Below the pieces are notes generated by a model that made no database searches, was not told the origin of the DNA, and saw only the letters and a list, made by a program, of their open reading frames with translations. From Hyaloraphidium curvatum SAG 235-1 (taxonomy: Eukaryota > Fungi > Monoblepharomycota), in assembly GCA_025558095.1 (NCBI GenBank), contig JAIVFI010000004.1:682001-746000 (forward strand): a stretch of DNA of 64,000 nucleotides, given 5' to 3'. The translations under genes were made by a program, and so were the position numbers. This document shows positions 22,541 to 35,456 of this stretch, piece by piece (the first letter of the stretch is position 1; every line of letters begins with the position of its first letter).

Positions 22541-25052
22541 TCAGCCATATGGATCAACACCGTTCTGCGGGTTGTCCACGCCGACCAGCGTGACGACCTC
22601 CTCCACCGAACGGGTGATCATGGTTTCCGGGTATTCGTATCTGAGGAACAGAGGGTCAGACCCAATTGATCGGCGCCGGCGAACGAGGGTACCAACTTGT
22701 TCTTCGGATCCCTCGCTGCGGCGTGCCATCGCCGATACGCTTCCACAAACATGTCCACCGCCCGCCGGCTGATTGTACGCGCGATCCGCGAGCTCGTCAT
22801 CTTCATCAAGGCGGGGGAGCCGTCGAAGCTCGCCGAGCAGAGGTAGGCATCCAACCGCGACATCGTGTCCGAGATGGTCTTGTGGTCCATGTTGGGGAGA
22901 AGGGCAAGGGGTATCTGTTAGGAGAAAGCGGTGAGGTTACAACCGCAATCGACGTTGCGGAATGCTCCGCCCACATTGGAGGTATTGGAGTCCATTGTTT
23001 GGATGATGCCGCCGAGGCCAGAGTGCACGAGCATGCTCCGATACTAAACAAACGTCAGTGTCGCAAAAGACCGCTTTGCGCGAAGCCTACCTCGTGCTGC
23101 ACAAGCTGATCTGCGTACTCCTCAATCTGCGATTCAATCCACTGAACCCTGCTCGAAGTAAAGGTATAGAGGACGAGGGCAGACTGCAGTACAGCACTAA
23201 GCGACGGTCTCGAAGGCCCCAAGCAGTACGCCGACTGACCTGAATGAAGTTCAAGCAGTTGATCATGAAGATCGCCTTCTCCAGCGGGGATATCTCGGCC
23301 GCGGCGAAGTTGCACAGCTGGACTATGGGATCCAGTGCCGCGCCGACGATGCGCGCGAAATCGGCCTCCCGCTCGTCGGCCGAGGTGAGAGAAGAGTCGT
23401 AAGAAGCCATGATCTCCTTCTGTTGACCACGAGCGGGCAGTTAGCAATGTGAACGGCCGAAACAGAATTAGCGAAACCCACGAATTGGTTCACGGCATCC
23501 TTGACGGGTGCTGGCGGCTGCAGGTCCCGTTCCGGCTTGGGCACAATGCGCAACATTTTGCTCGCCTGGATGTTGAGCACGTCAAAGAAGACACGGTTGC
23601 CCATATCCAAAAGGCTGCGGGAGTCGGATGAGCACGTGGATTACTAGTCGGATGAAGACGCCTCACTCAAGGAGGACAACGGTGAGCTGCGCCCGGGGCC
23701 CGAGGATCTTCCGGATCGTGACGCAGTAGAACTGGATCACGTTGGCGACCTTGTACGTCGTCGTGGCGTTGGGCTGCGAGCTGAGCACCTGCTCGACGCG
23801 GATCTTGAGTGGGCGGCATGTCCCTTCCAGATCCTTATCCAGCAGCTCCAGAATCGTCTCCTGGTCCAAACTTAGTCCGTCGAGCGGCGGGAACTCCTCC
23901 CCTCCCGCAAGGACCGGCGACGCGGGGCCGAGCTCCCTCGCGCTCCTCCCAACGTCGAAAATCTGCTCCAGCATCTCCCGCTCTCCAGCTGCAGCCTGGT
24001 GCAGCCACGCAAGCATGTCCCCGACGTATCGCACCGGATCGTGGGCGTGGAGTTCGATCGGCCGCGGCGTTCCGCCCGGCCCGCCCCGGGTGAGCGCGTC
24101 GATGAACTGCCGCACGATAGCGCTCCGTCGCACCGCCACGACGTCGTCCACCGCGGATCGGAAAAGGAGCGGGCGCTGCCTGAGGGCACGGAACGCCCGG
24201 CGCAGCGTCGGCGTCGCTTCCGCCGTGTCCCGGCCCAGCGTCCGGCACTCCGTCTGGGTCCACCGGTGCAGCTTCTCAAAGGCCTTCTCCTGGAAGCCCG
24301 ACATGAGGTCCATGATCTCCACGCCCGCGGTCTGGTGCTCGGTTGTGAGCAGGGCACGGCAATCCTCCCCGATGGAGTGGACGCGGTCCAGCGCGTCGAA
24401 GAACTCGGTGCTCATCCCATAGTCCTTCGCGGAGAACGAAAGCGGGCCCGTCAGAGTGGCAACTTCCGCGTCCGTGAGGGTAAAGCGCTCCAGGAAGCGC
24501 TCCGCGACCGCCTTCTTCATGTTGGCCCGAGTGCTACACACAAGGAACGGGCCATTCGCGACATGAACGATTCGGCAACGAAACAAACCCTACCTCTGGG
24601 TTTTGAGCGAGCTCGTCTGCTTTATGAGGTGGGACGTCCGCTTCGTCGCGTTCTCCAGCTTCCGGTCCATGTCGCCGCACAACGACGCCATGCCCTGTAG
24701 CTCCTGCTCAACAAGCACGAGTTTCTGTTGCCGGACGGCCGACCGCGTGAGATTGGCCGCGCGGACGCCGCGGAGGCCCCACCTGGTTCACGGCGTCCAA
24801 CGCGTCCAGGAACTTGCGCGAAATCGCCAGCTCGCGCTTCTCCACGTCCCCGCGCAGGTTGCGCCGCGCGGCGAGCGAGTTCTCCGCCGGAAAAACGTCC
24901 GCCAGCGCGTGCAATGCCGCCTGAGTGTCCGGTTCGTCCAGCTGCAGCGCGAGAACCTTGTCCATCTTGCGCTGCAGCGGATTCTGCGCTCCGGCACGCG
25001 CCGAAGAAAGCACCGGCGGGGCGGGATCGCCGAGCCCCACGACGTCCGCCAT
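22541..25052 (-). CDS. COG6: Conserved oligomeric Golgi complex subunit 6, multi-exon
   Basis: NSLAARRNLRGDVEKR, FIDALTRGGPGGTPRPIELHAHDPVRYVGDMLAWLHQ, FMINCL. Confidence 0.93.
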
Positions 25053-25219
25053 GGCTGCCTCCGGCCAAGATCAAGAGTTGTGACTTGGGGGATGTGGACA
25101 CGAGTCATCAATCTCGTCTCGTCCACGACCACTTGGAGTTTCAAGATTGCAACGGAATGGATTAGGTCTTTACATTACTCCTCGTGTCTAGTAGCTCTCT
25201 AGGGCATCTGGTATCGACC

Positions 25220-27087
25220 CTACCGCCTCCGCAAGACGTAGCGCGCCACCGCGCCCGCCAGCAGCACCCCCATCCCGACCTTGCCGACCCGCAGCAGCGC
25301 GTCCACCCGCGGGTCCCTCCTCCGCGCCGCCTCCCTCTTCACCATCGGCCGCGCCTCCAGCTCGCCGGCGATCAGGGGGAAGATCACCCTGGCCGCGGAG
25401 AAGAGCACAGCGGCGGAGCGGACGACGTTCCGGGGGAGGTCCACGAGCCGGCCCGAGGAGCAGATGTGGTACATGGCGTAGAAGGCGACGGCGAAGAAGT
25501 GGTAGAAGAGGGTGGCGGGGGAGGGGAGGATGCAGCCGAGGAGGGAGACGGGGTCGGTCACGGCCCGGCCGCCGAGTTCAAAGTAGGCGAAGCAGGCGTG
25601 CTGGAGGGCCGCCATGTTCTCGTCTGGAGCCATTCAGGGTCAGTGGGCCTGTTCTCCTTAGCAACGCGAGTCCCAACCCACCGCTGCCGGCCGAGAACAG
25701 GCGGTAAAGCGCCAGCGACAGGACGTTGACCACGCCCGCGAGGTTCTTTCGCTGCCAGTGCATCTGCGCGCACTTGTCCAGGACCAGCTTCGAATCGTTG
25801 AAATCCACCCCCTTGAGCAGGTCCGTGACCATGACCACGTCCGCCAGCCCCACTGTCATGCCGCCGCCCGTGAGCGGGTGCCGCATGTTGTTGGCGTCCC
25901 CCAGCAGGATCATCCCCGGGGTCGTGTTGGCCGTCGGGGGCAAATACTGGTTCGGCATGGACCGCAGCCGGTTGTCGCTCTCCACGGCGCGCAGGAACGA
26001 CGGCCGCACGCGCTCGGGGAGCTGCGGGGCGACCTTGTCCCTCATGTAGCGGGTGAGGTCGCCGTTGGCCGCCGAGGGGAGCTTGGCGCCGGGGACGTCG
26101 ACGAGGATGCGGGTTTCGGTGGAGGAGATCTGGTAGAGGAGGATGGGGGAGGGGTTGGCCAGGACGACGTGGCCGTAGCCGGGATGCGGGAGGTCGGCGT
26201 GGTCGAGAACCAGGCTGCCATGCGGATTGAGCAATGTCGGAAGGGGAACAGGCGAACGCGCTCACCCGACAAAGTGCCCGGGGACCTCGATGGTCCTGTC
26301 GACGTAGTCCTTCCGGAACTTGGAGAAGCAGCCGTCGGCGACAAAGGTCAGCGGAGCGCGGAACTGGATCACGCGGCCGTCAGTCCCGTCCGGGGCCCCA
26401 GCAAACCGAAAGAACCACCCACCGACTTGGTCTGGTCACCGTTGACGGTGCAAGTGACCCCGCACACGCGCTCGCCCTCGACAATGAGGCTGGACGCCAC
26501 GCCCTCGAACACGGTCACGCTGCGGAAAACGGATCGGTCGGCCCCCGGCACCCCCGGAACCCGCCGACGCCCCCCGCCCACTTTTTCTCCCCGAGCGCCG
26601 CCTCCCTGAGCCGCATGATGAACCTCCCGTGGTGGAACCCCACGCCCCTCACCGGGTCCGGCAGGTGGGGCACCGCGGGCCCGGCCTCCCCCGGCGGCGG
26701 GTAGTCCAGCACCACGTCCCTGCCGCCCAGGATCACGGCGTACCCGGAGCACGGCGCGGCGTCGATGCCGTCGAGGCACCGGCCGAGGCCGAGCGCGCGG
26801 AGGGCGGCCACGCCGCCGGGCTGCATGAGCTCGCCGACGATGCGGTCCGGCTCCCTCATGTCCCGTTCTGCCGTAGGGCGGGGTCGGCAACACACTCAGT
26901 GCCCATATAATGCGACTAGCCGTTAAGACCAACCGATGAGGAGCACCCGGCGGCCCTGCCGCGCCAGCGTCGCCGCGAGCGGGGCGCCGACGATGCCCGC
27001 GCCCACGACGATGCATTCGTACTGCGCCGCCGGGCCGGGGAACGCCTCGGGCAGCGGGGGCAGCGCTTCGTTGCCCGAGAACGGCAT
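25220..27087 (-). CDS. ERG1: Squalene epoxidase, multi-exon
   Basis: FAD motif IVVGAGIVG, EPDRIVGELMQPGG, FHHGRFI, PILLYQIS, LLGDANNMRHPLTGGGMTV, and C-terminal TM region. Confidence 0.95.
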
Positions 27088-27341
27088 CGCTGCAGATGCG
27101 ACGTATGGGCAGCGGACGTTGACGTTTCAAGGACGTCGTTCGATGCGGCTGGTTTGGGCTGAGCACGGCGCTTGCTCATCGATTGGACGATTGCATGGAG
27201 AGCGCGCCGGAAAGTCCGGAAAGAGAGAGCACAAGCATCGAGCAAGAAAGAAGCTAATCGAACGGCCTTCTGCTTCTCGCCCTGACGGCGACACGCCCTT
27301 GGCCCCAGGCACCACCGACGCCGGGCCCGCAACGCTCGCCC

Positions 27342-28477
27342 TCAATCGAGCAGCCGTTCCTGGGGTCACGATCAGCGACCCGCACCGGCCGGCCGCCTCC
27401 ATCGCCCGACAACCCACCTCGTACCTGACGCCCATCTTGTCCCTGTTGACCTCCAGCCCCTGCTTCGCCATCCTGTCCGCGATGATCCGCTCCTCGTACA
27501 CCCTCTTGAGCTCCTGCAGCTGCTCCCTGCTCATCTGCGCCTCGGGCACCGACGACTTTTGGTTCCGCCTGCGCGCCCTGAGCGCCTCCTCGTCCTCGAA
27601 CAGGTTGACCTCCCCCGGCGCCGACGCCCTCCCCCCCCACCCCGCGTCCTGCCCCAGGCCCGAGGCCTTCTCCCACCGCGCGAGGTCGTAGTACTTTTCG
27701 TGCGGCAGCGTGCACGTGTTGAAGTCCTCGGCGTACTCGGCAAAGTACTCGCGGAGCTCGCGGGGGGGGACGACGCCGGGGTCGATGCGCTTGATCTCCG
27801 TGAGCCAGGCGTGGAACTCGGCGTCCTTGGTGTACATGCTGGGCAGGGGGCGCGAGCGAGCGTCAGGATGGCATGGAGTGGCCGGCAGCACGAGGCACCG
27901 ACTCGGTGGAGCGGAGGATGCCGCGGGCGCCAAAGGGCAGCGGCCCGCCCCTGTCCTTCTTTTCCTTTTCCTTGCGCGCCTTCTTCTCCTCCTTGGCCTT
28001 GCGCTTGGCCTTCTTTTCCTTTTTCCGCCTCCGGCGCTCCTCCTTTTCCCGGTCTTTCGAGTCCCTCTTCTTGTCGCGGTCGTCCCTCTCCCGCCTGTGC
28101 CGGTCCTTCCGCCTGCGGTCCCCGCTCGACGAGCGCGAGCGCGAACCGGAGCCGCTCGAGTCCGAGGAGGACGAGCCCGTCGACGCGGATCGCGAGCGCG
28201 AGCGCCGCCTGTCGCGCTTCGGGGAGGCGGACCGGCTGCGCTCCCGCCGGCCCCTGTCCGCGTCCCTCCGCCCCTCGTCCCAGCCCCTGTCGTCCCTCTT
28301 CGAATGCTCCCGGCCCCAGTCGCGGTCCCTCTCGCCCCGATCCCTGCTGCGGTCGCGCGTGTCCGCGTGGCCCCTATCCGCGTCTCTGCGGTCGCCGGCC
28401 CGCCTGTCCGGACTGCGCTCCCGCGATCTCCGGCGGTCGCGGTGCGGCGATCTACTGCGAGATCTTGAACGCGGCAT
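27342..28477 (-). CDS. Conserved RS/RD/K-rich nuclear protein with an uncharacterised C-terminal domain (putative splicing-associated)
   Basis: RS-dipeptide N-terminus and K-rich stretch, then FGARGIL..|MYTKDAEFHAWL.E...EDFNTCTLPHEKYYD; final exon ERLLD* inferred. Confidence 0.65.
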
Positions 28478-28576
28478 TTCGCTTCCCGTGCTATATGAGT
28501 GCGGTCACCACGATATATACTGGCGGGGTGACGACGCGAGACGTCAACAACACTCCGTCGTTCCCCGAGACGCGCC

Positions 28577-29702
28577 ATGGCGTCCGCCCGCCGCGTGCTC
28601 CGCGTCCTCCGCGAGCCCGCGCCGCCCGCGCTCCCCGCGCTGCGGCCCGTCCGCACGGTGCGCCCGGCCGGCGCGCGCTGCCAGTCGGCCGCGCCGCCGC
28701 GGCCGCCCTCGACGGACGACACCTCGGCGCGCATCTTCAACCCGCGCTTCTCGCGCTCGTCGCACCCCGCCGGCTACGGCAGCGCCTCCCCCCGCGCCCG
28801 CGCACGCGACCCCTCGGGCGCACCGGGCCGCCCGGAGAACATCGCATACTTCACCGCGAACGCGCGCTACTACGACCTCGTGGTGGCGCTCAACGACGCC
28901 ATCAGGCGCAACGGCCTGGACTTCAAGGACAGGTTGCAGTACAGGGGCAAGCCCGTGCCGTCGTGGATGAGCAGGGAGGCCATGAGCGAGGTTCACGACA
29001 TGAACCTGGCCGATGGGCGGTACGAGGAGATCACCCACAAGCTGAGCATGCTCTACGTCATCCGGAGTGGGTCGCTGCCTGTGCAGTGTTGGACGTCGTC
29101 TCATTCCCCCCGTTTCCGCCGCCCCGCCGCCCCGCCGCCCCGCCGCGCCAGAGACGGACCCGGAGCTCGGCGACCTCTTCTTCGCGCCCTACGTCAAGCC
29201 CGGCACCGCCCTCGTCGACCGCATCGCCGAGCGGCGCGAACCCACCCTCGACGCCGACGGCTTCTCCCTCGCCCGCGGCTCGCGCAAGTCCGCCCGCGCC
29301 ACCGTGCGGATGATCCCCGGCGACGGCGTGGTGATGGTCAACGGCGTGCCCGCGGCGGACCACTTCGGCGAGTTCCTGTCGCATGCGGAGGAGGCGGTCG
29401 CGCCGTTGATCAGGACGGGGAGGGTGGGGAGGTACAATGCCTGGGCGACGGTGCGCGGCGGGGGGCTGTCGGGGCAGGCGCAGGCGATCAAGCTCGCGGT
29501 GGCACGCAACCTGGCCATCCACGAGCCGGCGCTCAAGCCGGTGCTCGCCGAAGGTGGGTTCCACAGCCTGCTTCCGTGCTTTGGTCGCGCTGACGGCCGA
29601 TCGCGCGCAGCGGGGATGCTGGTGGCCGACACGAGGCAGGTGGAGCGGAAAAAGACGGGGCAGCCGGGCGCGCGGAAGAAGTTCGCCTGGGTCAAGCGGT
29701 AG
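28577..29702 (+). CDS. MRPS9: Mitochondrial small ribosomal subunit protein uS9m
   Basis: Arg-rich presequence; GSRKSARA, VRGGGLSGQAQAIKLAVA, RQVERKKTGQPGARKKFAWVKR. Confidence 0.93.
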
Positions 29703-29809
29703 ATGTGCTCTGCGGGCCGGGGACGAACTACTGCCCTCGATCGTGTACCTGCGTCTGGTGATGATGACCGATTGCGGTGACGGGAGAAGTCGTCGCACTT
29801 TTCTCGGAC

Positions 29810-30817
29810 ATGGAGCTGGCCAGCATGGCGACCCGCCGCGGCCTGCTGCCGGTGCTGGCTGCCGTGCTCTGCCTCTGGTACCTTTTCGGCCGCCCGCCGG
29901 CCCGCGACGCCGGCTACCGCGCGGACCTGGGCGGCGACGCCGAGGTCGACTTTGCCCCGCCGGCGCCGCGCACGCTCTTCCGCCACGCCGCGCTCGCCGC
30001 GTCCCTCTTGAAGTCCGCCGGCGCCGACGGCCGCGTCGTCGTCACCCTCTCGACGTTCGGCGGCCGCGCGGAAAAGGTGCGCGGCGCCGTCGAGTCGCTC
30101 GCGCGGCAGACGCGCAGGCCGGACAGGATCTACGTGAACCTCGCGCGCTCCGTGCGCCGTCTCGCCTCATCGGGCGGCAGCTCCGACTCGGATGCCCTGC
30201 CAAAGGCGCTGGCCGACCTGGAGCGCGAGCTGGGGAAGGACTACCTGGTCGTGCTGCACCCGCCCGACTACGGCCCCTCCACGAAGCTGCTCCCGGCGCT
30301 GCTGGTCGAAACCAACCCGCGCACCGCCATCGTGGTCGCGGACGACGACGTGGTGTACCACCCCCGCACCGTCGAGACCCTCGTGGGCTCGCTGATGGAC
30401 TCGACGCGTTCCCCCGAGGGCGAGGAGTTTTCCCGGCGGGGGCACCCGGCGTGCTTCTGCTGCGAGGAACCGCAGTGGATCCGGTACGGCCTGTTCCCGT
30501 GGGTGCGCTCGCAGCGCTCCCCGGGGACGTGCAGGGGGTACCCGTGCGCCTACGCCGGCGAGGCCTTCCTGCGCTCGCACTTCCCCGATCTGGGGCTGTT
30601 CAACTACTCGGGCGCCCCCAAAGGGTGCCGCCTGCACGACGACGTGTGGATAGGGGGGTACCTCTACAGGAAGGGGATCGTGCCGAGGCTGGTGGACGCG
30701 GACTTTTCCAGCGTCGTGTCGCACAGGCCGTGGGACGAGCTGACGGTGCATTCGGTGCCCAATACGGAGCGGGAGTACAGGAACCCGTGCCTGGCGTACT
30801 TTGACTACTTCCGGTAG
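29810..30817 (+). CDS. GT-A-fold (GT2-like) glycosyltransferase with N-terminal TM anchor, single exon
   Basis: VVVTLST, SLARQTRRPDRIYVN, DYGPSTKLLPAL, IVVADDDVVYHP (DxD), HDDVWIGGYL. Confidence 0.75.
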   Translation: MELASMATRRGLLPVLAAVLCLWYLFGRPPARDAGYRADLGGDAEVDFAPPAPRTLFRHAALAASLLKSAGADGRVVVTLSTFGGRAEKVRGAVESLARQTRRPDRIYVNLARSVRRLASSGGSSDSDALPKALADLERELGKDYLVVLHPPDYGPSTKLLPALLVETNPRTAIVVADDDVVYHPRTVETLVGSLMDSTRSPEGEEFSRRGHPACFCCEEPQWIRYGLFPWVRSQRSPGTCRGYPCAYAGEAFLRSHFPDLGLFNYSGAPKGCRLHDDVWIGGYLYRKGIVPRLVDADFSSVVSHRPWDELTVHSVPNTEREYRNPCLAYFDYFR

Positions 30818-30876
30818 GCAAGGGCGTGGTGTAGCGGGTGCCGGGAATGCGGAGCGGAAGTGGCCCACACCCATCT

Positions 30877-31938
30877 CTAGTGTTCGATCTCGGTGTTCTT
30901 CACCGACGCCCAGAATTCGCCGTGGCTCCGGTCCATGCTGTACGGGGCCCACGAGCCCACGATCACCCTCAGCCCGCGGCACCGTTCCAGCGCTTCGCGC
31001 ACGCCGTCGTGGTCCTCGGCCGGCAGAGGCTTGTCCAGCACCAGCTTCAAAACCTTGAGCCCGGGGGGGAAACCCTGCACCAGCTCCGCCCCGCGGGGGT
31101 TGGCAAGCGACAGCTCCTCCAGTCCTGGCCTGCCGTACGCGGACTTCCACTTTGCCCGCAGCCGGACCCGCTTCGGATCGAACCCCGCCGCCGCGAACGT
31201 CTCGTCCAGCTTTTCCTCCCGCCCCTGCAGCCCGAACCGCGCGTGCGGCGCGCCCATCGCGAACTCGGCCAGCTTCCGCGCCGCGCGCGGGAACTTGCCC
31301 AGCCCGCCCACGAGCCCGTCCGCGGCCACCACCGACCACTCCCGCAGCGACGCACAGGCATCCACCATTGCCACCAGCGTCTCGTAGTGCGCCAGGGGCA
31401 CGCCGTCCACCTCCCCCGCCACGCGGAGGGTCTCCAGGCCGGGTGGAAGCGACCTCCCGGCAAACACGCCGCGGTCCAGCAGCTTCGGTGCTTCCGGGTA
31501 GGAGACCTCGACGTCCAGGTGCTTCAAAGTGGCCATGCGCTCGATGCGGTCCCATATCTCCGAGTGGCGCTCCGGGGAAACAAGCTCCGCGCGGAGCGAG
31601 ACGAGCCCGGGGCAGGCGGTGCTCGCCAGCACCGCCAGCTTCCCCGCTTTCCTCGCAGATACCTCGCCGGGACCCAGGCGGAGGTGCCGTACGAAGTCGG
31701 AGGGCCGGTTCCGCGACCGGAAGAAGGCGAGAAAGTGCGCGTGGGTCACGGGGCCGCGGCCGCGGGCATCCACCGAGCGCACGAGATGCGGCAGGCCGAG
31801 GGAGTGCAGGCGGCGGGAAGACAGCATCAAGTTGCGGAGGTGGCGCTTGCCCGAGGACAGGAGGAAGAGGGAGATGTGCACAAGGAGTTCGTCGGGGAGA
31901 TGGAGCAGGGAGTCCGTTGGCGGCGCGGGGACGTCCAT
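30877..31938 (-). CDS. F-box protein with a Leu-rich (RNI/LRR-like) C-terminus, single exon
   Basis: N-terminal LLHLPDELLVHISLFL...LRNLMLSSRRLHSLGLPHL F-box pattern; LxxLxL repeats downstream. Confidence 0.65.
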   Translation of the reverse strand: MDVPAPPTDSLLHLPDELLVHISLFLLSSGKRHLRNLMLSSRRLHSLGLPHLVRSVDARGRGPVTHAHFLAFFRSRNRPSDFVRHLRLGPGEVSARKAGKLAVLASTACPGLVSLRAELVSPERHSEIWDRIERMATLKHLDVEVSYPEAPKLLDRGVFAGRSLPPGLETLRVAGEVDGVPLAHYETLVAMVDACASLREWSVVAADGLVGGLGKFPRAARKLAEFAMGAPHARFGLQGREEKLDETFAAAGFDPKRVRLRAKWKSAYGRPGLEELSLANPRGAELVQGFPPGLKVLKLVLDKPLPAEDHDGVREALERCRGLRVIVGSWAPYSMDRSHGEFWASVKNTEIEH

Positions 31939-32107
31939 GGCGACCGATTTGCCGCGGAGGCGGAGCTTTCCAAAAGACAGGGAGGCCGTAGAGCAAGAGT
32001 ATCTGGCAAAACTGGCAGAGCCTGGGTGCACCAGGAAGAGATTCGGGGATGATCTCAAGCGGACCCGCGCGCGACGCATGGGGACCCAAGTCCCCTGCTC
32101 TTCGGAA

Positions 32108-33316
32108 ATGGCGGCGTCTCCTCGGCTCCTGGTGCTCGTGCCGTACATATTCACCGCGTTCGTCACGTGGCTCCTCACCCGCGCGCCGGCCCGCGGCCCC
32201 GATGCGGCCGTGGCGGACGCGGTCGAATGCCTCCGCGCCTTCGGCACCTACAAGGACGGCTGCTGGTGGCGCCTGCGCCGCGAGACCATGTTCGCGACGC
32301 TGGAGCACCTGGCCTCGCTGCCGCCCGACAAGCTGGACGAGTTTTCGTTCGCCAGCTCGGCCGGGATGGATCCCAACGGCCACTCGGGCTGGGCGTCCAT
32401 GGACCTGCTGGCGCCCACCTTCGAGTGCGACTGGTTCACGCTACGGAAGCTCGGCGGCAAGGGCGACGGTGCCAAATGGATGTGCGGCGGTCTGAAGCCG
32501 CTGATAAGGCAGGTCGAGAAGACCCGCCGCGAGGCCAGGGCCGCGCAGGGGCTGCCTGAGACCGGCAAGCCGGACTGCGTCGTGTATTCGCTGGGATCGC
32601 AGGGCAGATTCCAGTTCGAAGAGACCGTCAGAGGTGTGTGTTGACTTCAACTTGCCGAGAAGCTGACTGATCGTCACTGCACCTCTCATGCAACGTCGCC
32701 AGCCGAGGCGAGCAAGTCGTGCGAGATCCACACCTTCGATTGCACGGGCCAGTGGTCCAATCCGGCCTCCAATTTCCACCGGTGGTGCGTGGGCCCTCCG
32801 CCCGAGAAAGCCACGGATCCGGAGCGCCGCGCCCTGTTCATGAGCCTGAACCGGATCGCGGCGGAACTGAACCACACCCACATCACCCTCCTGAAGATGG
32901 ACGTCGAGGGCGCCGAGTACGCCGTCTTCGAGGACCTCCTGAGCCCCGAGAACTCGCACCTCCTCCCGATCGTCATCTGGGTCGAGCTGCACACGCACCA
33001 CCTGCGCCACCTGGACTCGCTGCTCCCGGCCGAGTACGCGGCCGAAAAGAACTGGGCGCGGCCGTTGCTCCGGCTCGCGAGGAAGCTCGACCGCTACGGG
33101 TATGCCCTGGCGGCCAAGGAGCGGAACGAGGGAGCGCCGTCGAGGAGCAGGTGCTGCTCCGAGTACGTGTTCATTCGGATCAAGGAGGTGCAGGGGCTGG
33201 ATCTGCGGACGCTGAGCGGGGGATTTGGGGAGCTGTGGAGATCCGCCAGCGGGGCGGACGGGCAGAACGATGACAGGTTCAAGCTCGGATACTCGGTGCG
33301 ATATCCGCCCGCATGA
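32108..33316 (+). CDS. Methyltransf_22 (METTL24-like) methyltransferase with TM anchor, one intron
   Basis: KLGGKGDGAKWMCG, CVVYSLGS...FE, CEIHTFDCT, ITLLKMDVEGAEY; intron about 32634-32702. Confidence 0.8.
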
Positions 33317-33435
33317 GCCTTCGTAACGGATGTGCGACAAAGTTGGGCAATTGATCACTGCAATGCAGTTTCTATTCGCGTGTTCCATCCATGTCCAGCT
33401 TGGCACTCCGTCCCACCGCATCGACGTCGAGGAAT

Positions 33436-35456
33436 CTACAAGCGATCGCTGAACAGCATTCCGCTACTGTCCACAACGTTGTTGATTTTCTCCAAAGCAT
33501 TGACGAAAGCAGCGGTTCTGTAATCGATCCCCTTGGCGAGTGCAGTCTCCCTCGTCGTTGCCGAAGCCTTTAGCATCGTGTCTTCAAGGCCCGAGTAAAC
33601 GAGGTCCTGCTCCTCGGCGCCGACGACGATGCCCTCCCGCTCGGAGGCGGAAAGACGGCGTCCGGCGACTTCCTCGACGAGCGCAACGAGCTTCGACTTG
33701 CCGGATTCGTCCCAGCGCTTGTTCATGCGGCCGAAACGGACCTGGGGAGAGACGATCAGCGGAGGCTACGAAGTCGGCAGACAGGGACGCACGTGCGAGA
33801 GCCCCTTCAACCACTCAAAGTAGCTGCACGTAACTCCGCCGGCGTTCAAAAAAAGGTCCGGGATGATGACGCGATTCGCTTGGTTGAGGTACTCGTCCGC
33901 AAAGGGGGTCAACGGTCCGTTGGCAGCTGTAAAGCGTCAGCGGGAGGCGTGGCTTCACACAACCATTTGGGCACACCTTCGCCGATGATCTTTGCCTTGA
34001 TCTTGTGAGCGTTCTTCTTGTTGACGACGCGCTCAAGCGCCGCGGGTATGAGGATATCGCATTCGAGCTCCAACACTTCCGACGGGTTTTCCGTGATGAC
34101 TTTCCCGCCAGGGAACCCCTTGAAGCTCTTGTTGGCCTCCTTGTACTTGCTCAGGGCCTCGATGTCCAGGCCCGCGTCGTTGGTGACGTAGCTGTCCCAC
34201 TCGCCGACCCCGATCACCTTCGCGCCGTGCGAATGGAAGAACTTGGCCGTCCACATGCCGACGTTTCCGAACCCTTGGATCACGACGCGCTTGCCTTCGA
34301 TGTCGGAAGAAAGCCCGGTCTTCTCCTGGACCTCCGGGAACTTGAGGAAGGCCCGGACGCCGAAAAACACCCCAAGTCCAGTCGCCTCATTGCGGCCTCT
34401 GACGCCGCCGATCAGAAGGGGCTTGCCCGTAACAACGGCGTAGCTGTTCACATCGGCAGGGAGCATCTGTCGGTAAGTGTCCAGTAGCCAGGCCATAGTC
34501 TGAGGCCCCGTGCCGGCATCCGGCGCCGGCACGTCGATTCCCGGTCCAATGAACGATTTCTGGATGAGCTCCATGCTGGAGTAACGAAGCCAGAAGTAGC
34601 CGCGGGAGAAACAAGAGAGGGAACGTCAGCTGGAGTCGTAAGTTCCGTTGCCGGTTGTTCATAACCCACGTGTACCGCCGCGTGATCCTCTCTAGTTCCT
34701 CAGCCGAGTACTTGCGAGGGTCGATTTTGACTTTTTTTGCGAGCAAGGTCCGCGTCCATGAGTAGCCGAAGGCGGGGTGACTGTGTGATCAATCCTACCT
34801 CCGCCCTTGGCGCCTCCGAACGGCACGTCCACAGTCGCACACTTGTACGACATGAGAGCGGCAAGCGCAGCCACTTCCTGGAGATCCACGGCCTCGGAGA
34901 ACCTGATACCGCCCTTGACGGGGGTGAAGTGGCGCGAATGGTGGACCCTGAGCAATCCAGGTTAGGAGGTGGAGACAATGGCAGAGACGACGAAACAAGC
35001 TTACCTGTGAGCCTCGATGATATCAACAGAGCCATCCTTGCGCTCCAAGCTGTTGATCGACCGGGTTTGAAGCGAGAAAGGGGCACAGCAATCAATTCAG
35101 TCCCCGGGGCAGGCAACCGGACAGCTCAGCCCACGGGAATGTCATCGACAGGCTGGCGTCGGCCGCTCTAATGTGGTTCAAGGTCGACGCGGCGACCGCG
35201 GCATGGGGAGCAGCCCTGTTTTGGAGTCCAGTGTCATGGGTTGGCCAGCAGAAGCGTCTGCGGGGCGGGTAGGGCACCTCTTCACGAAGATGTCCACGCT
35301 CTCGAGGAAATTGGGCTCCTCGTCAGCGGCGGCGGCCGAATACCGTCGCCGACTCGCGTTGGCCGGGGGAACTGCCGCCAGCAGGGCTGTAACACGCGTG
35401 GGAGCATTGCACGCGCGCAACAGGGTGCGGCTCCCCGAGATGCGTGCCGAGAGCAT
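33436..35456 (-). CDS. Mitochondrial glutamate dehydrogenase, GLUD1 (animal/ciliate)-type, multi-exon
   Basis: Presequence, [74 protein letters not shown]. Confidence 0.92.

Noticed and set aside
25220-27087. ERG1 as the core of a terpenoid biosynthetic cluster
   Set aside because: Its neighbours (COG6, RS-rich protein, MRPS9) are unrelated housekeeping genes; no cyclase or P450 is nearby.
30167-32383. 738-aa minus-strand ORF and similar long overlapping ORFs (54731-56551, 27559-29313, 37273-38766)
   Set aside because: No recognisable motifs; they overlap better-supported genes in other frames.
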